A stretch of 64,000 nucleotides of DNA from an uncultured delta proteobacterium (lineage in GTDB: Bacteria > Desulfobacterota > Desulfomonilia > Desulfomonilales > Desulfomonilaceae). The notes under the pieces are model-generated. The model had not been told where the DNA came from and did not search any database. It saw only the letters and a program-made list of their open reading frames with translations. Positions 19,717 to 31,228 of the stretch are shown here, one piece after another. The translations under genes were made by a program, and so were the position numbers. The stretch covers positions 2,368,001 to 2,432,000 of the forward strand of contig CAWBKB010000001.1 of NCBI GenBank assembly GCA_963789265.1. Reading direction: 5' to 3'. Every line of letters starts with the position of its first letter. Within the stretch, counting starts at the first letter, position 1.

Positions 19717-21568
19717 TCAAATTTCCCCTAGGCCGGTGAAAAGCACAAAGGAATGAGGTGATAGCGTTAGAGAAATCTCCCCATCCGAGGACACCGTTTG
19801 GGGAATAGTACCTGCCGGGGCCTGCCCATGCCTCTGCCGCGGAATCCAAGCGCTTGGTCCACCTGCCGGAAGGTAGTGGAACCGAGACAGAAGTCGAGGA
19901 ATCACCGAAATGAAAGACCGAGGCAGCATGCCCATCAGCGGACCGCCACCGCAGATACACTGCTTTGTGTCGCTCGAATCCGATGGCATCCACTCTGTCG
20001 TCCCCGGTCATCTCAGCCACGCAGTTTAAATTCTCACGGAGGTCCAGCAGTTGCCGGTAGAATTCGAGGAGCACGCGATGCTTCCCTTGGCTGCGCAACT
20101 CGTGATTCAGTTTAGCCTTCAGAAAGACCGTCTCGTCCTGGGGGTCGAGCGGCTCTCCTTCCCAGCTAAATGCAGCAAATTCCTGTCGTCGTCCTTCTCG
20201 GGTAGTCTCGATAAGATAAGGATCCGAATGGCTGATGAAATAGGGAAAGGGAGAAGTCTCGCCATACTCTTCGCCCATAAAAAGGAGCGGAATGTAAGGG
20301 GAAAGTATTGCAACGCCGGCTGCCAACTTGATCGCCTCGAAAGGAAGCAGAGCGCTGAGTCTATCCCCCAGCATTCGATTGCCTACCTGGTCGTGATTTT
20401 GAGCGAACACCACAAACCGATGAGCCGATATGTCTCGTGAATCGTTTCCGTGCCTGCGTTTGCGATAGCGCGAATACTCGCCCGAATAGACGAAGCCGTC
20501 TCGAAAAGCCTTGGCAAGGTGTCGACACAAACCGAAATCTTCGTAGTAACCTGTTCGTTCATTGGTCAGCAGCGTATGCAGCGCGTGATGGAAATCGTCG
20601 TTCCATTGCGCGTCCAAGCCATAACCTCCGAGTTCCCGCGAACGAACCAGACGCGAGTCGTTAAGATCGCTTTCGGCAATTAAATAGGTCCGGCGATTAA
20701 AACGTTCGGTATGCTCGCGGACGGTCACGGCAAGTTCCTCAAGGAATGGGCGGGAGGAAAAATCAAAAATGCCGTGGACTGCATCGATTCTTAGAGCGTC
20801 CATCCGGAATTCAGTAAGCCAATAAAGGGCATTTTCAATGAAGAATCTGCGTACATGGTCACTATGCGGCCCGTCAAAGTTTACGGCAGGCCCCCACGGC
20901 GTCCGATAACGGTCGGTGAAATAGGGACCGAAATCTGCGAGATAATTCCCTTCCGGCCCAAGATGATTGTATACGACGTCCAGTACCACGGCTAAGCCAC
21001 GCTGATGACAGTTGTCCACCAACCGCTTCAATGCATGGGGTCCGCCGTAAGAAGCCTGAACCGCATACGGATAAACCCCGTCATAACCCCAGTTACGGCT
21101 TCCCGGGAATTGTGCGACAGGCATGAGTTCCAGTGCTCTGATTCCAAGGTCTTTCAGCGCATCCAGGTGTGGGATAATCGCGTCGAAGGTCCCCTCCGGT
21201 GTGTAAACACCCACGTGCAATTCGTAGAGGACGTAATCTTTCAAACGCAGACCCGGCCAGTGGGACGCACCCCAGGTAAAATTCGGATCGATCACTTGGG
21301 ACGGTCCATGCACCCCATCAGGTTGAAACCGAGACGTCGGATCGGGGCGTTCCTTCTCGCCGTCAAGACGGAATCGGTACAGGGCACCAGGTTCCAAATC
21401 ATTCACGATCGCCTCGTAGTAGCCCCAGGCATCCGGGCTCATGGGCACGATTTGTTCGTTAGGAGACAGGACATGAACTTCGACTTTGCCGGCAAACGGC
21501 GCCCACACCCGGAACCGGCACCGTCCTATCCCCAAGTAGGAGGCCCCCAGGCCAGTGTAGTTATTCAA
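19717..21568 (-). CDS. treZ: Malto-oligosyltrehalose trehalohydrolase, +1 frameshift near 19811
   Basis: FRVWAP, YELHVG, RNWGYDGV, DVVYNHLGPEGNY, RIDAVH, QWNDDFHH, QNHDQVGNR; probable TTG start 21568; true C-terminus lies in the 19717 frame. Confidence 0.93.
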
Positions 21569-21775
21569 TTTCCTTCCCCAATAAGTTGACAAGGAGGCAT
21601 CTGCCGCGAAAACCCTCCATAAAGTTAAGACGCGCAGGCGTCTAAACAGCCCCGAGGAACGGTGTGTTTCCCCCTTTTCTTGCCGGGGGGCAGGAGGAAT
21701 TCTTCCATAAGGACGACCCGCGGCAGCCAAGAGCCAATGCCATCCACTCTTGCAATCCGATCGAAAATCCCTCTA

Positions 21776-21990
21776 ATACGAATGCGCAGTCAAAGGGGTG
21801 ACAATACTGGGGCGGATATGGTGGGGCATCCCGCGCGGAATGCGGGACTGCCTGCCATACGTCACCCCGGACTCCGATCCGGGGTCCAATCTGGATGCCC
21901 GCGCACGCGGGCATGACGACAGGCAATCACGCCCGGGCGTGACTGTCCCACTGGGAACACGGTGTCACTTGTTTGAAAGCGCATCGGCAT
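21776..21990 (+). mobile_element. MITE-like carrier element with internal palindromic repeat
   Basis: Ends ATACGAATGCGC/GCGCATCGGCAT; ACGGTGTCACTTG subterminal block; inner CCCCGGACTCCGATCCGGGG..GCGGGCATGAC. Confidence 0.65.
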
Positions 21991-22060
21991 AAATCCCCCT
22001 ACACAAGGGCGGGCCATGACGGCTAATCGGCCGTCTAGAGCGTTCACATCAAGGCCCTGC

Positions 22061-23320
22061 TCAGAAGCTGCGGAAGAGATTTCCTCCCAGTTCGATCCTT
22101 TCCCCGCCGCCGTTCATCATCATTAGCATGAGGCTCAGATACTCTCTGAGGTTGCGGGTCAGCAGGAAATTGGCTCTGACGAATTCCCTGGCGTTCAAAC
22201 CTATTTGGATTCCCTCGTGCGGATGGCTCAGCAAGTAACGGATACGTAACGCTGCCCCTTCAGGCGTACTCACCAGAAAACCGGTACGATGATTCGCCAA
22301 CTGCAGACGAATCCCTCCGGCATTCCCCCCGATAACCGGTTTCTGTTTCCACATAGCTTCGGTGACGGTCAAACCGAACCCTTCTTTTACTGATTTCTGG
22401 AGCACTACGGCCGCGGCACGCTGAAGAGCATTAATGATTATGTGGGCATCAGGGGGTAAGAGAAGGATGTGAATATCCTTGTCCTCAGCGCCTTCCGCGC
22501 GGACTTCGGCCAGGATCGACTCGCCTTCCGGATCGTCCGTGGCCCCACCACCAGCGAGGACGAGTTGCAAGGTGGGAGCGAAGGTCTTGGCCAACCGATA
22601 AGCTCGGATCACACCGACCGGATCCTTGAACCGATCGAAGCGAGACACTTGCAGCATCATCGGCCTTTCCGGATCCAAGCCGAACTGTTTCTGAGTTGCC
22701 AGCACCTGATCTTCTTGAAGATCCATGTTCTTGTCGCTAAGCGGATCTATGCTAGGTTGTATGAGATACTGCGTGTGAGGAAGGGGTTGAGCGAAATCAG
22801 GAAGCGAAAAAATACTGGCATCATAGTCCAGCACGAACTGGCGCAGATACCTCCAAACCGGACGGTATGGTCTGCTCAGATCTATATGGCATCGCCACAG
22901 CCACCTTCCCTTTCGGCCCGGACACAACCGCAGGAGCTGCAAAGGCTGCGGATCGTGTATAAAGACCACATCCGCCTCTTCGAGCAGCGGTCGAAGTTCT
23001 TCTGCATTTGCCTCATTAGTTGCTTCGTACGCCTTGAAAATGGAATCCGAAAGAGGAACCGACTTTCCCTGCAACGCATTGTGAAAGCTTTTGGTGCTAT
23101 GGAAAAAGTCTTCTTCTCCGCGGATCACTTCCCAGTGCACGTCGATCCCAAGCTCTCCCATTAGAGGCACAAGCTTGCTGAGCATTTCAGCCACACCACC
23201 CCCGACCCGGGTGGAATTCACATGCACTACCTTGATCCCTTTTAGGGGCTCTGCAAGCTGACGCAAATGAGAGATGACATGTTCTCCGGCAACAGGTGCG
23301 TAGTCGGAAATAGAAGTCAC
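22061..23320 (-). CDS. treT: Trehalose synthase TreT-like GT4 glycosyltransferase
   Basis: HVNSTRVGGGVAE, HDPQP, WRCHID, QVSRFDRFKDP, EGFGLTVTEA; GTG start overlaps the upstream stop. Confidence 0.88.
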   Translation of the reverse strand: MTSISDYAPVAGEHVISHLRQLAEPLKGIKVVHVNSTRVGGGVAEMLSKLVPLMGELGIDVHWEVIRGEEDFFHSTKSFHNALQGKSVPLSDSIFKAYEATNEANAEELRPLLEEADVVFIHDPQPLQLLRLCPGRKGRWLWRCHIDLSRPYRPVWRYLRQFVLDYDASIFSLPDFAQPLPHTQYLIQPSIDPLSDKNMDLQEDQVLATQKQFGLDPERPMMLQVSRFDRFKDPVGVIRAYRLAKTFAPTLQLVLAGGGATDDPEGESILAEVRAEGAEDKDIHILLLPPDAHIIINALQRAAAVVLQKSVKEGFGLTVTEAMWKQKPVIGGNAGGIRLQLANHRTGFLVSTPEGAALRIRYLLSHPHEGIQIGLNAREFVRANFLLTRNLREYLSLMLMMMNGGGERIELGGNLFRSF

Positions 23321-23994
23321 TGGGCGGCCCCCTCGAAAAAGGTAGCGAAAAGTTGCGTCAATTGATGACGCAACTCCGGTAGGCTCCTGAAATAGGGATC
23401 CACCGAGGCCAATTCCCTGCAAAGATCCGCATACTTCTCCTCGAAACCTATCAGCCAGGAGCGCAGATCGTCCATAGAATCCGCACTGCGCCTACGGGCG
23501 TCGATAAAATGATAAAATATGCTCCCAGCGGACATACGGCTTACGGCCGAAGCCAACTCCAATGGCTCCTCTATCCTCTTTTGAGTGTCAAAAACCAGGA
23601 TTTGGGAACGAACAAAATGGAACTCGTCGTCTGCCCGAGTCCAGCTAAGCCATTCGACCTCGTCCAGTCTTTCTTCCACCAGATCGACCAATTCCCCACG
23701 AAGGAATTCCAGATCCGGGTAATTGGTGGGATCCAAAATTGCCAGTCTTTCGGCCAGCGTGTCATCATGGAGCGAATAATGGACCCACCCGGCGAAATCG
23801 TTGTAGTACTCGGGATAAGCGAATTGCGGCCTTAGCAATCCGCCCCAAAAATGGTAGTAGATGCTTCCGGGATGAATTTTGAGCAGGTGGTCCCTCATTT
23901 CCCTCAGATTCTGGACTTTGTGTCCGAGTGCTATGGCGACCAGGGTACAGTCTTTTACTTCAAATGAACCAGGGGCCGCATTCTGTTCAGCCAT
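23317..23994 (-). CDS. DUF5752-like protein (TreT-associated)
   Basis: Duplicated SIYYHF / SIFYHF motif, NDFAGW..LAERL. Confidence 0.75.
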   Translation of the reverse strand: MAEQNAAPGSFEVKDCTLVAIALGHKVQNLREMRDHLLKIHPGSIYYHFWGGLLRPQFAYPEYYNDFAGWVHYSLHDDTLAERLAILDPTNYPDLEFLRGELVDLVEERLDEVEWLSWTRADDEFHFVRSQILVFDTQKRIEEPLELASAVSRMSAGSIFYHFIDARRRSADSMDDLRSWLIGFEEKYADLCRELASVDPYFRSLPELRHQLTQLFATFFEGAAQ

Positions 23995-24377
23995 TTCTCC
24001 TCCAACATTTTATGGCCTGCGGAACCGAAACTTCAGAGACGGCTTGGTCCGCTTATCCAGGCCGACCGCTAAAATGAACCGATTTGCAATTGAGAACAGC
24101 TTGCAACAAAACGTCTGCAACATCAATCCATTTTTCAAAGCATTTTATGCGCGTCTTCGATCAAAGCCGCAAGACCCGCGTTCTCTTTTCCTCGGATCTA
24201 ACGGAATTCGCCATCGTGAATTCTAATCCAGCTCACCCTCGGCTTCCTTTTTCGCACTTTTGGAGCTACGATAATCTATGACGAACTGCAAAATTCCCGA
24301 ATACTGAAACGGCTCTGCTATTGACGCTGAAGCGAAAACCCGTTGCCGTATGTGCATGAACTGCGGCGAGGCATGCA

Positions 24378-27300
24378 ATGAAGCTAACTATGGACAGTCA
24401 GTTGGATAAGCTGGCTCAGAGTGATTCCGCCACAAAGTGGGTTCTTTTGCCCGCGATGGTACTCATCCCTCTCCTCTGTATCGGCATTAACCGTTACTTC
24501 AGCAGCCACGCTCATTTCATCGATTTTGGCGATTACGTTGAAATCATAGTTCAAATGATCGTGCTTGGGGGAGCAGGCGTCTATGTTTCCCTCATGCTTG
24601 CGGACAGAGCGAAAATAATCCGAACACTGCAAGAGAGCGAGAGCCGATACCGCGCGCTGTTCGAGAGCGCGGGGGACTGTATTTATATTCTGGAGATGGA
24701 CGGAGACCGACCGGGCCAAATCGTTTCAGCCAATCCCGCGGCTGCTGCAATGCACGGATACACCGTAGAGGAACTGCTATCTCTCAACATTTCCGATCTA
24801 GGTACCCCAAAATCTGCCGCAAAGGACCAGGCCAGGATCGACCGTTTGTTAGAGGGCGAAGCATTGCGGGAGGAAGCCACGCATCGCAGAAAGGACGGAA
24901 CTGTCTTCCCAATTGAGATCAACGCCCGTCTGCTTGACCTCGCAGGCCATAAATATGTCCTTGCCATAGATCGGGACATAACGGAGCGCAAGGCTGCGGA
25001 AGCCGAAGTTCGTGCGAGCCGGGCCAAATTATCAAGTGCATTGAGTATGGCCCGCCTTGGACATTGGGAATATGACGTTGCAAAGGACTTGTTCACTTTC
25101 AACGATCACTTTTACGATATTTTTCGAACGACAGCGGAGAAAGTCGGTGGATACACTATGTCTTCGGCCGAATATGCCCGACGCTTTCTCCATCCTGACG
25201 ACAGGGCTGTGGTCGGGAATGAAATTAGGAAATCCATTGAAGCCACAGATCACGATTTGACCCGGCAATTGGAACACAGGATTATTTACGAGGATGGAGA
25301 GGTCGGCCATATTTCCGTGCGAATTTTCGTGGTCAAGGATGAACTTGGACGCACGGTTGGGGCTTATGGAGTAAATCAGGACATAACAGAGCGAAAACAT
25401 GCGGAGTCATTGCTCCAGCAGGCAGAGAACCGATACCGTCGCCTATTTGAAGATGCGCCCGTAATGTACGTCATCACGCGCAATGAACAGGGCGTACCTC
25501 TTATCAGCGACTGCAACGAGTTGTTCATGGGCTCTCTGGGTTACAAGCGAGAAGAGATAATCGGAAAACCTTTGGCGGATTTTTACTCTCCCGAGTCTCG
25601 TGAGGAAATGCTTCAACGAGGCGGGTACGCGCGGGCTCTTGCGGGAGAATTCTTCATCGGAGAGCGACAACTGCTCACCCGCGATGGGAGACTTATCCCG
25701 ACTCTGCTGCACACCGCAACTGAAATAGATCCCTCGGGAGATGTGATTGGCACCCGTGCCATGTTTGTGGATATAACCGAGCGCAAGGAAGCCGAGAAAC
25801 AGATCAAGCAAGCGGAAGAATTCCTGAATACCATAATAGACAACATCCCCATCCCTGTCTTCGCAAAATCCGCACAAGATGGGCAGTTCATTTTATGGAA
25901 TGAAGCAAGTGAGGCGCTCTTTGGCCTCACGAAAGAAGAGGTTATCGGCAAGACCGATTATGACTTCTTTCCCAAAGAACAGGCTGATTTCTTTCGTGAG
26001 AAGGATAGCGAAAGCTTTGTGTCGGGAGAGGTCATAGATATCTCAGAGGAACCGGTCCTTACCAAGAATTCGGGCACCAGGATGCTCCACACGCGAAAGG
26101 TACCCGTGTACGACAAGGAGAAACGACCTTCGTGTCTCTTGGCGATTTCTCAGGACATTACCGAACGTAAACAGGCTGAAGCAAAACTGGAGAGGGAGAA
26201 AGCGTTTTCCGATACGATTATCGACAGCCTACCCGGCATCTTCTATCTGATCGACGATACAGGTCGATTTGTGAGGTGGAATAATAACGCGGAGAAAGTT
26301 TCCGGTTACTCAGTCCAAGATATTTTGGGTACGCATGCTCTGAACTTCTTTCCGAGTGAAGAAAAAGCGATCGTCGGGAAGGCGATTGAAGATGTATTCG
26401 CAAAGGGGGAAAGTAGTGTAGAGGCCGCCTTTGTTGCAAAAAATGGGAACAAGATGCCGTATTACTTTACCGGCAAGCGAGTGATACTCGACGACAAGCC
26501 GTGCATCGCCGGAATGGGTATAGACATAGCTGAACGAAAGAAGGCTGAGGGGGCTTTAAAGGAGAGCGAAGTCCGATACAGAATGCTCTTCGAAAATATG
26601 GGCGACGCTGTGGCAATATACAGAGCAGTCGATGATGGCCAAGATTTCATTTTAACGGATTTCAACAAGACCGGTGCCAAGATTGAGCAAACGTCGAGAG
26701 AAGCAGTCATAGGCAAGAGCGTCCTGGAGGTGTTTCCAGGGGTAAAGGAGTTGGGCTTACTCGAAGTTTTACAACGGGTATGGCGAACTGGGGAGCCGGA
26801 GCATCATCCTGTGTCCATGTATAAAGATGAGAGAATTCAGGGATGGAGACAGAATTTTGTTTACAGGCTCCCCTCGGGCGAAGTTGTTGCCGTTTATACC
26901 GATGAAACCGAGCGCAGAAAGGCAGAGGAGGCTCTGAAGAGAAGCGAGCAACAATTGAGCCTTGCGTTAGAGGGTGCGGAACAGGGAATGTGGGACTGGA
27001 ATTTGAAGACCGGCCTGCCTATATGGGACGACCGCGCAATAGAGATGATGGGATACACGAAGGAAGAAGTTGAACCCAGCCTGGGATATTGGAAGCGGCA
27101 GGTTCACCCGGAGGATTGGCCAAGGATCTCAGAAGCTTTCAACAGGCATATCCAAGGCGGATCACCGTCTTACGAGGCGGAATATCGAGTTCGGACCAAG
27201 TCAGGCGAATGGAGATGGATTTTAGCGCGAGGCAAGGTGGTGGTGTACGATACAGACGGCAAGCCATTGCGTATGATGGGAACAAACCTGGACATTACTA

Positions 27301-28481
27301 AACGAAAGTCTGACGAGCAAGAGAGGGAACATCTGAGGGTCCAGCTCGCCCAATCTCAAAGGATGGAAGCAATTGGGACTTTGGCCGGAGGCATCGCCCA
27401 TGATTTTAACAACTTGCTTACTGTAATCCTAGGGTTCGCCGAGTTGCTGCTTGTGGGAAGAGATGAACGAGACCCGTCTTCTGCGGACCTTCAGAAAATA
27501 CGCGGAGCAGCCAGGAGCGGAGCCGATCTGGTTCGGAGCATACTTACATTCAGCAGGAAGTCGGAGATCAGTCCCCGCCCCCTCAACCTGAATCATGAAA
27601 TTGAGACGGTCAAGACTCTGTTGAGTCGAACGGTTCCCAAGATGATAGACATTTCATTAGTTTTGTCACCCGACTTAGCTAAGATCAATGCAGACCCAAC
27701 CCAGGTTGAGCAGGTTCTGATGAACTTGGCGGTAAATGCTAAAGATGCCATGCCGGATGGCGGCAAATTGACCATAGAGACTGCCAATGCGACCCTGGAT
27801 GACGAATATGGTGCAACGCACCTCGGAGCAAAGCCGGGCGATTATGCGCTGCTTTCCGTCTCGGATTCGGGTCACGGGATGGATCGGGAGACATTGCAGC
27901 ACATATTCGAGCCCTTTTACACGACCAAAGAGACCGGCCGGGGAACAGGTCTAGGACTGGCCATGGTGTACGGCATCGTTCAACAGAATCATGGATACAT
28001 CAGGTGCGATAGTGAACCCGGAGTGGGGACAACGTTCAAAATCTACCTGCCTGTTATTCCGATGGAAACGGAATCAGAGATTCGATCGGAGAAGCCGCCG
28101 GTGGCTCTGGGAACCGAGACCATTTTGATGGTGGATGACGAAGAGTTGGTAAGAGACCTGGGAAAAAGGATTCTCGAACGCTCCGGCTATACTGTGTTCA
28201 GCGCAGTCAATGGGAAAGATGCCCTGGACGTATACCAGGAAAAGGGCGACGAGATTTCTCTAGTGATTCTTGATCTCGTCATGCCGATAATGGGAGGAAA
28301 AGAGTGTGCCCAGGAGCTTCTGAAGCTCAATTCGCAGGTAAAGGTGCTTATTGCAAGCGGATATGCTTCCGGCGGAACCCTCAGTGATGCCGGCCAACTG
28401 GGTGCCAAGGGCTTCGTCAGGAAACCATATAATATTACGCAATTGCTCCAGTCCGTCCGGGAGATTTTGGACTCGGACTGA
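24378..28481 (+). CDS. Membrane-anchored multi-PAS hybrid histidine kinase
   Basis: Two N-terminal TM segments, about 7 PAS/PAC units (DITERK), AGGIAHDFNN, NLAVNAKDAM, GTGLGL, C-terminal receiver. Confidence 0.95.
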   Translation: MKLTMDSQLDKLAQSDSATKWVLLPAMVLIPLLCIGINRYFSSHAHFIDFGDYVEIIVQMIVLGGAGVYVSLMLADRAKIIRTLQESESRYRALFESAGDCIYILEMDGDRPGQIVSANPAAAAMHGYTVEELLSLNISDLGTPKSAAKDQARIDRLLEGEALREEATHRRKDGTVFPIEINARLLDLAGHKYVLAIDRDITERKAAEAEVRASRAKLSSALSMARLGHWEYDVAKDLFTFNDHFYDIFRTTAEKVGGYTMSSAEYARRFLHPDDRAVVGNEIRKSIEATDHDLTRQLEHRIIYEDGEVGHISVRIFVVKDELGRTVGAYGVNQDITERKHAESLLQQAENRYRRLFEDAPVMYVITRNEQGVPLISDCNELFMGSLGYKREEIIGKPLADFYSPESREEMLQRGGYARALAGEFFIGERQLLTRDGRLIPTLLHTATEIDPSGDVIGTRAMFVDITERKEAEKQIKQAEEFLNTIIDNIPIPVFAKSAQDGQFILWNEASEALFGLTKEEVIGKTDYDFFPKEQADFFREKDSESFVSGEVIDISEEPVLTKNSGTRMLHTRKVPVYDKEKRPSCLLAISQDITERKQAEAKLEREKAFSDTIIDSLPGIFYLIDDTGRFVRWNNNAEKVSGYSVQDILGTHALNFFPSEEKAIVGKAIEDVFAKGESSVEAAFVAKNGNKMPYYFTGKRVILDDKPCIAGMGIDIAERKKAEGALKESEVRYRMLFENMGDAVAIYRAVDDGQDFILTDFNKTGAKIEQTSREAVIGKSVLEVFPGVKELGLLEVLQRVWRTGEPEHHPVSMYKDERIQGWRQNFVYRLPSGEVVAVYTDETERRKAEEALKRSEQQLSLALEGAEQGMWDWNLKTGLPIWDDRAIEMMGYTKEEVEPSLGYWKRQVHPEDWPRISEAFNRHIQGGSPSYEAEYRVRTKSGEWRWILARGKVVVYDTDGKPLRMMGTNLDITKRKSDEQEREHLRVQLAQSQRMEAIGTLAGGIAHDFNNLLTVILGFAELLLVGRDERDPSSADLQKIRGAARSGADLVRSILTFSRKSEISPRPLNLNHEIETVKTLLSRTVPKMIDISLVLSPDLAKINADPTQVEQVLMNLAVNAKDAMPDGGKLTIETANATLDDEYGATHLGAKPGDYALLSVSDSGHGMDRETLQHIFEPFYTTKETGRGTGLGLAMVYGIVQQNHGYIRCDSEPGVGTTFKIYLPVIPMETESEIRSEKPPVALGTETILMVDDEELVRDLGKRILERSGYTVFSAVNGKDALDVYQEKGDEISLVILDLVMPIMGGKECAQELLKLNSQVKVLIASGYASGGTLSDAGQLGAKGFVRKPYNITQLLQSVREILDSD

Positions 28482-28565
28482 CAACCTATGATTTCCGCAC
28501 AGTATGCGGGCCTGCGCTCTTTCCTTTGGCGGGATGGTAATCAGAGCTCAATATGTTGGGGACAG

Positions 28566-28683
28566 TGGGGCGGACTTTCCAGTCCGCCAAATCTGGGACA
28601 AAATACCGCAGACTGGAAAGTCTGCGCCACTAGCTTGGACTGTTGGAATTGCTCCTGTCTGTGGGGCGGACTTTCCAGCGGCG
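28566..28683. repeat. GTGG-type REP cluster
   Basis: GTGGGGCGGACTTTCCAG twice plus inverted GCAGACTGGAAAGTCTGCGCCAC. Confidence 0.65.
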
Positions 28684-28785
28684 TGAGCATGTGGTAAATT
28701 GATTTGATAAGTGGCTGCCATCACCCCCCAGGAAAGTGTGTCGGATTCCCAACAGCCACGCTGTGCCAACTATTAGGAAGCAAGT

Positions 28786-31149
28786 ATGCCATCAAAGGAT
28801 AAGCTGGATCTTTCGAGTAGCAACTTCTTAGACGCACTCGTCGATCATCGCCGCCTGCTCGTCGCCCTTATCATTCTGATCACCGCCGTATTGTCAGTGT
28901 TTGTTCCTCGAATGGACACTGATCCAACGCTAAAGTCCGGCGTGGATTGCACGTCTCCCGCGTATTGCCAGTACACAAAGTTTATTGAGATATTCGGAAA
29001 TGAGGAGTTCATTCTGGTTGCGATTCACGGCAACCTGGAGACCGTAGATTCTCGCCTACTAACAGGCTTACAAGCAATAACGCGAACGCTGGAAAATAAC
29101 GATCAGATCGCCGAGGTCATAAGCCTCTCGAACCTGAAGCTTTTTCAGGCCAGGGGCAAACTCTTCGGCAACTACCCTGTCGTTCCGGTCAGTGCGGGCA
29201 AACCTCATTTGCCGGACCCTACGCAACTCCGGACCATGAAAAGAGCCCTCCCGATAACCGATCTTCTTTTGTCCTCAGATCTTAAGACGGTGGGGGTGCT
29301 GGTCCGAGTTGGGGAAAAATGGAAGTTTGACACCGCAGCGATAAAGCAGGTGGTCAGTGACATTGGCGAGGTGGTGAGAAGCAATATCCCGGCAGGTTTC
29401 GAGTACCGAATAATTGGAGCTCCTCTTATTCGCCAGGCCATTGTCCGGTACAATATTCAGACCGGGATTGTTTTCGGAATTCTATGTATGCTCATCGGCA
29501 CCGTAGTTTCCGTCTACGTTTTCAAGAGCATCAAAGTCACTGCCATTACTAATGTGATCCTGGGTGTGTGCATCGTTTGGGTGCTCGGGCTGATGTCTCT
29601 TTTCCGGATCCCTCTGAATTCCACCACGGCCCTGTCTTTCGGCTTCATTCCCATAACTACCTTGGAGATCGTTATTCACATGGTGGTTCGGTACCACCAG
29701 TTTCACCAGTCAGCCAAAGAGAAGATACCTGCCATTAAACTCGCCGTACGCTGGTTGGCCCGACCCTGTCTTATCTGCTCGGCGACCACTGCCGTGGGAT
29801 TCGGGACTTTGATGGTCAGCTCAATTCCAATGGTTCGGCAGTTGGGATTCATTATGTCCCTGGGAATAATGATTTCTTATTGCCTGGCCATGGTCTTAAC
29901 ACCCGCCTTCTTCAGCATCATGAAATCTCTTGATAATCCGGAACCTTCCGGCGTGTTGGGAGATTGGGCGGACGCCGTCCTCGAAAAGATCGAAAAAGCC
30001 ATCTTTCGCTATCACCGAATGTTTGTGGGCGTAGGAATTGTTGTCACTGTCGCACTGTTTGTCGGCACTCCTATGATTCGTAGCGATCCCCAAATCTTGC
30101 GCATGCTAAGCGATTCCACCCCAGTGGTTCGGAATATAAACTTCGTAGAGAAAAAGCTCTCGCCGGTAAATTCGGTGGAGCTGATGCTGGAAGCCAAACA
30201 GGGAACGTTCAAAAAGCCCGCGATATGGAAGAAAGTAAGGGAATTACAGGAACGACTCCGTGGGATACACGAAGTAGTGGACACTGATTCCTTCCTCCCG
30301 TTGCTGGAGTATCTGAACAACGTAGTCGAAGGATCAAGCAAGCCTCGAAGGGATTTATTTAATGATCCCGGCCTAATACCACAATTGATCGTCCTTACTT
30401 CGCTCAGCTCCGATGGGCAACGGATTACCCGGAGGTACCTGAATTCCGAATTTGACAGGTTACATATTTCTGTCCGCATCAAGAATTCTCCATCGGTTCC
30501 CATTGAGAAGACTATCGAAAGAGTTCGCGCCACAGCGGATTCGGTCATGAAAGGTGTTGCAAAAGTCGCTGTTACCGGAGATCTTGCCGTAGTAGCCCAG
30601 CAGGCGTCCAATCTCATTTGCGATCAGATCCGTTCAATGCTTCTAGCGGCGGTGATCATCGCGGTGCTGATGATGATTCAGATGAATTCCCCTCTCCTGG
30701 GTCTGATATGCCTGCTTCCCAATATTCCGCCGGTGGCCGCGGTTTTCGGAATCATGGGTTGGTTCGGGATTTCTCTGGACAGTATAACAGTTTTCGCTGC
30801 CACTCTTGCCATCGGCCTTGCCGTGGACAACACAATTCATTATTTGACCCAGTTAAAGCGAGAGATAAAATTGAACCCGGACCAGGGAATGGAAGAGTGC
30901 GTCCGCAAGGCGTACCGGCTTACTGCCAAACAGATTGCATCATGGTCGGCAGTCACGCTGTTCGGCTTTCTGGCCCTGGCGGTCTCGCCGTTTCGGCCGG
31001 TGGTATTTTTCGGCATTCTAGGATGCTCTTCCATTTTGTTGGGGATGTTCGGGGACCTGATTTTCATGCAGTCTCTGATTCTGTCATCCGCGACGATCAG
31101 GAACACTATCAGAAAACTGATTGACAAGGAGATCGCGGCTCAGGCCTGA
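28786..31149 (+). CDS. MMPL/RND family exporter
   Basis: Duplicated 1+5 TM architecture, TTAVGFG, GLAVDNTIH. Confidence 0.9.
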   Translation: MPSKDKLDLSSSNFLDALVDHRRLLVALIILITAVLSVFVPRMDTDPTLKSGVDCTSPAYCQYTKFIEIFGNEEFILVAIHGNLETVDSRLLTGLQAITRTLENNDQIAEVISLSNLKLFQARGKLFGNYPVVPVSAGKPHLPDPTQLRTMKRALPITDLLLSSDLKTVGVLVRVGEKWKFDTAAIKQVVSDIGEVVRSNIPAGFEYRIIGAPLIRQAIVRYNIQTGIVFGILCMLIGTVVSVYVFKSIKVTAITNVILGVCIVWVLGLMSLFRIPLNSTTALSFGFIPITTLEIVIHMVVRYHQFHQSAKEKIPAIKLAVRWLARPCLICSATTAVGFGTLMVSSIPMVRQLGFIMSLGIMISYCLAMVLTPAFFSIMKSLDNPEPSGVLGDWADAVLEKIEKAIFRYHRMFVGVGIVVTVALFVGTPMIRSDPQILRMLSDSTPVVRNINFVEKKLSPVNSVELMLEAKQGTFKKPAIWKKVRELQERLRGIHEVVDTDSFLPLLEYLNNVVEGSSKPRRDLFNDPGLIPQLIVLTSLSSDGQRITRRYLNSEFDRLHISVRIKNSPSVPIEKTIERVRATADSVMKGVAKVAVTGDLAVVAQQASNLICDQIRSMLLAAVIIAVLMMIQMNSPLLGLICLLPNIPPVAAVFGIMGWFGISLDSITVFAATLAIGLAVDNTIHYLTQLKREIKLNPDQGMEECVRKAYRLTAKQIASWSAVTLFGFLALAVSPFRPVVFFGILGCSSILLGMFGDLIFMQSLILSSATIRNTIRKLIDKEIAAQA

Positions 31150-31228
31150 GTGATCCACCCTGCCCCTCCAACTTCGCATCGGGTGTTCTTTCGGGCCATT
31201 ATTCTATAATTGATGGAAGACGGGTCGT

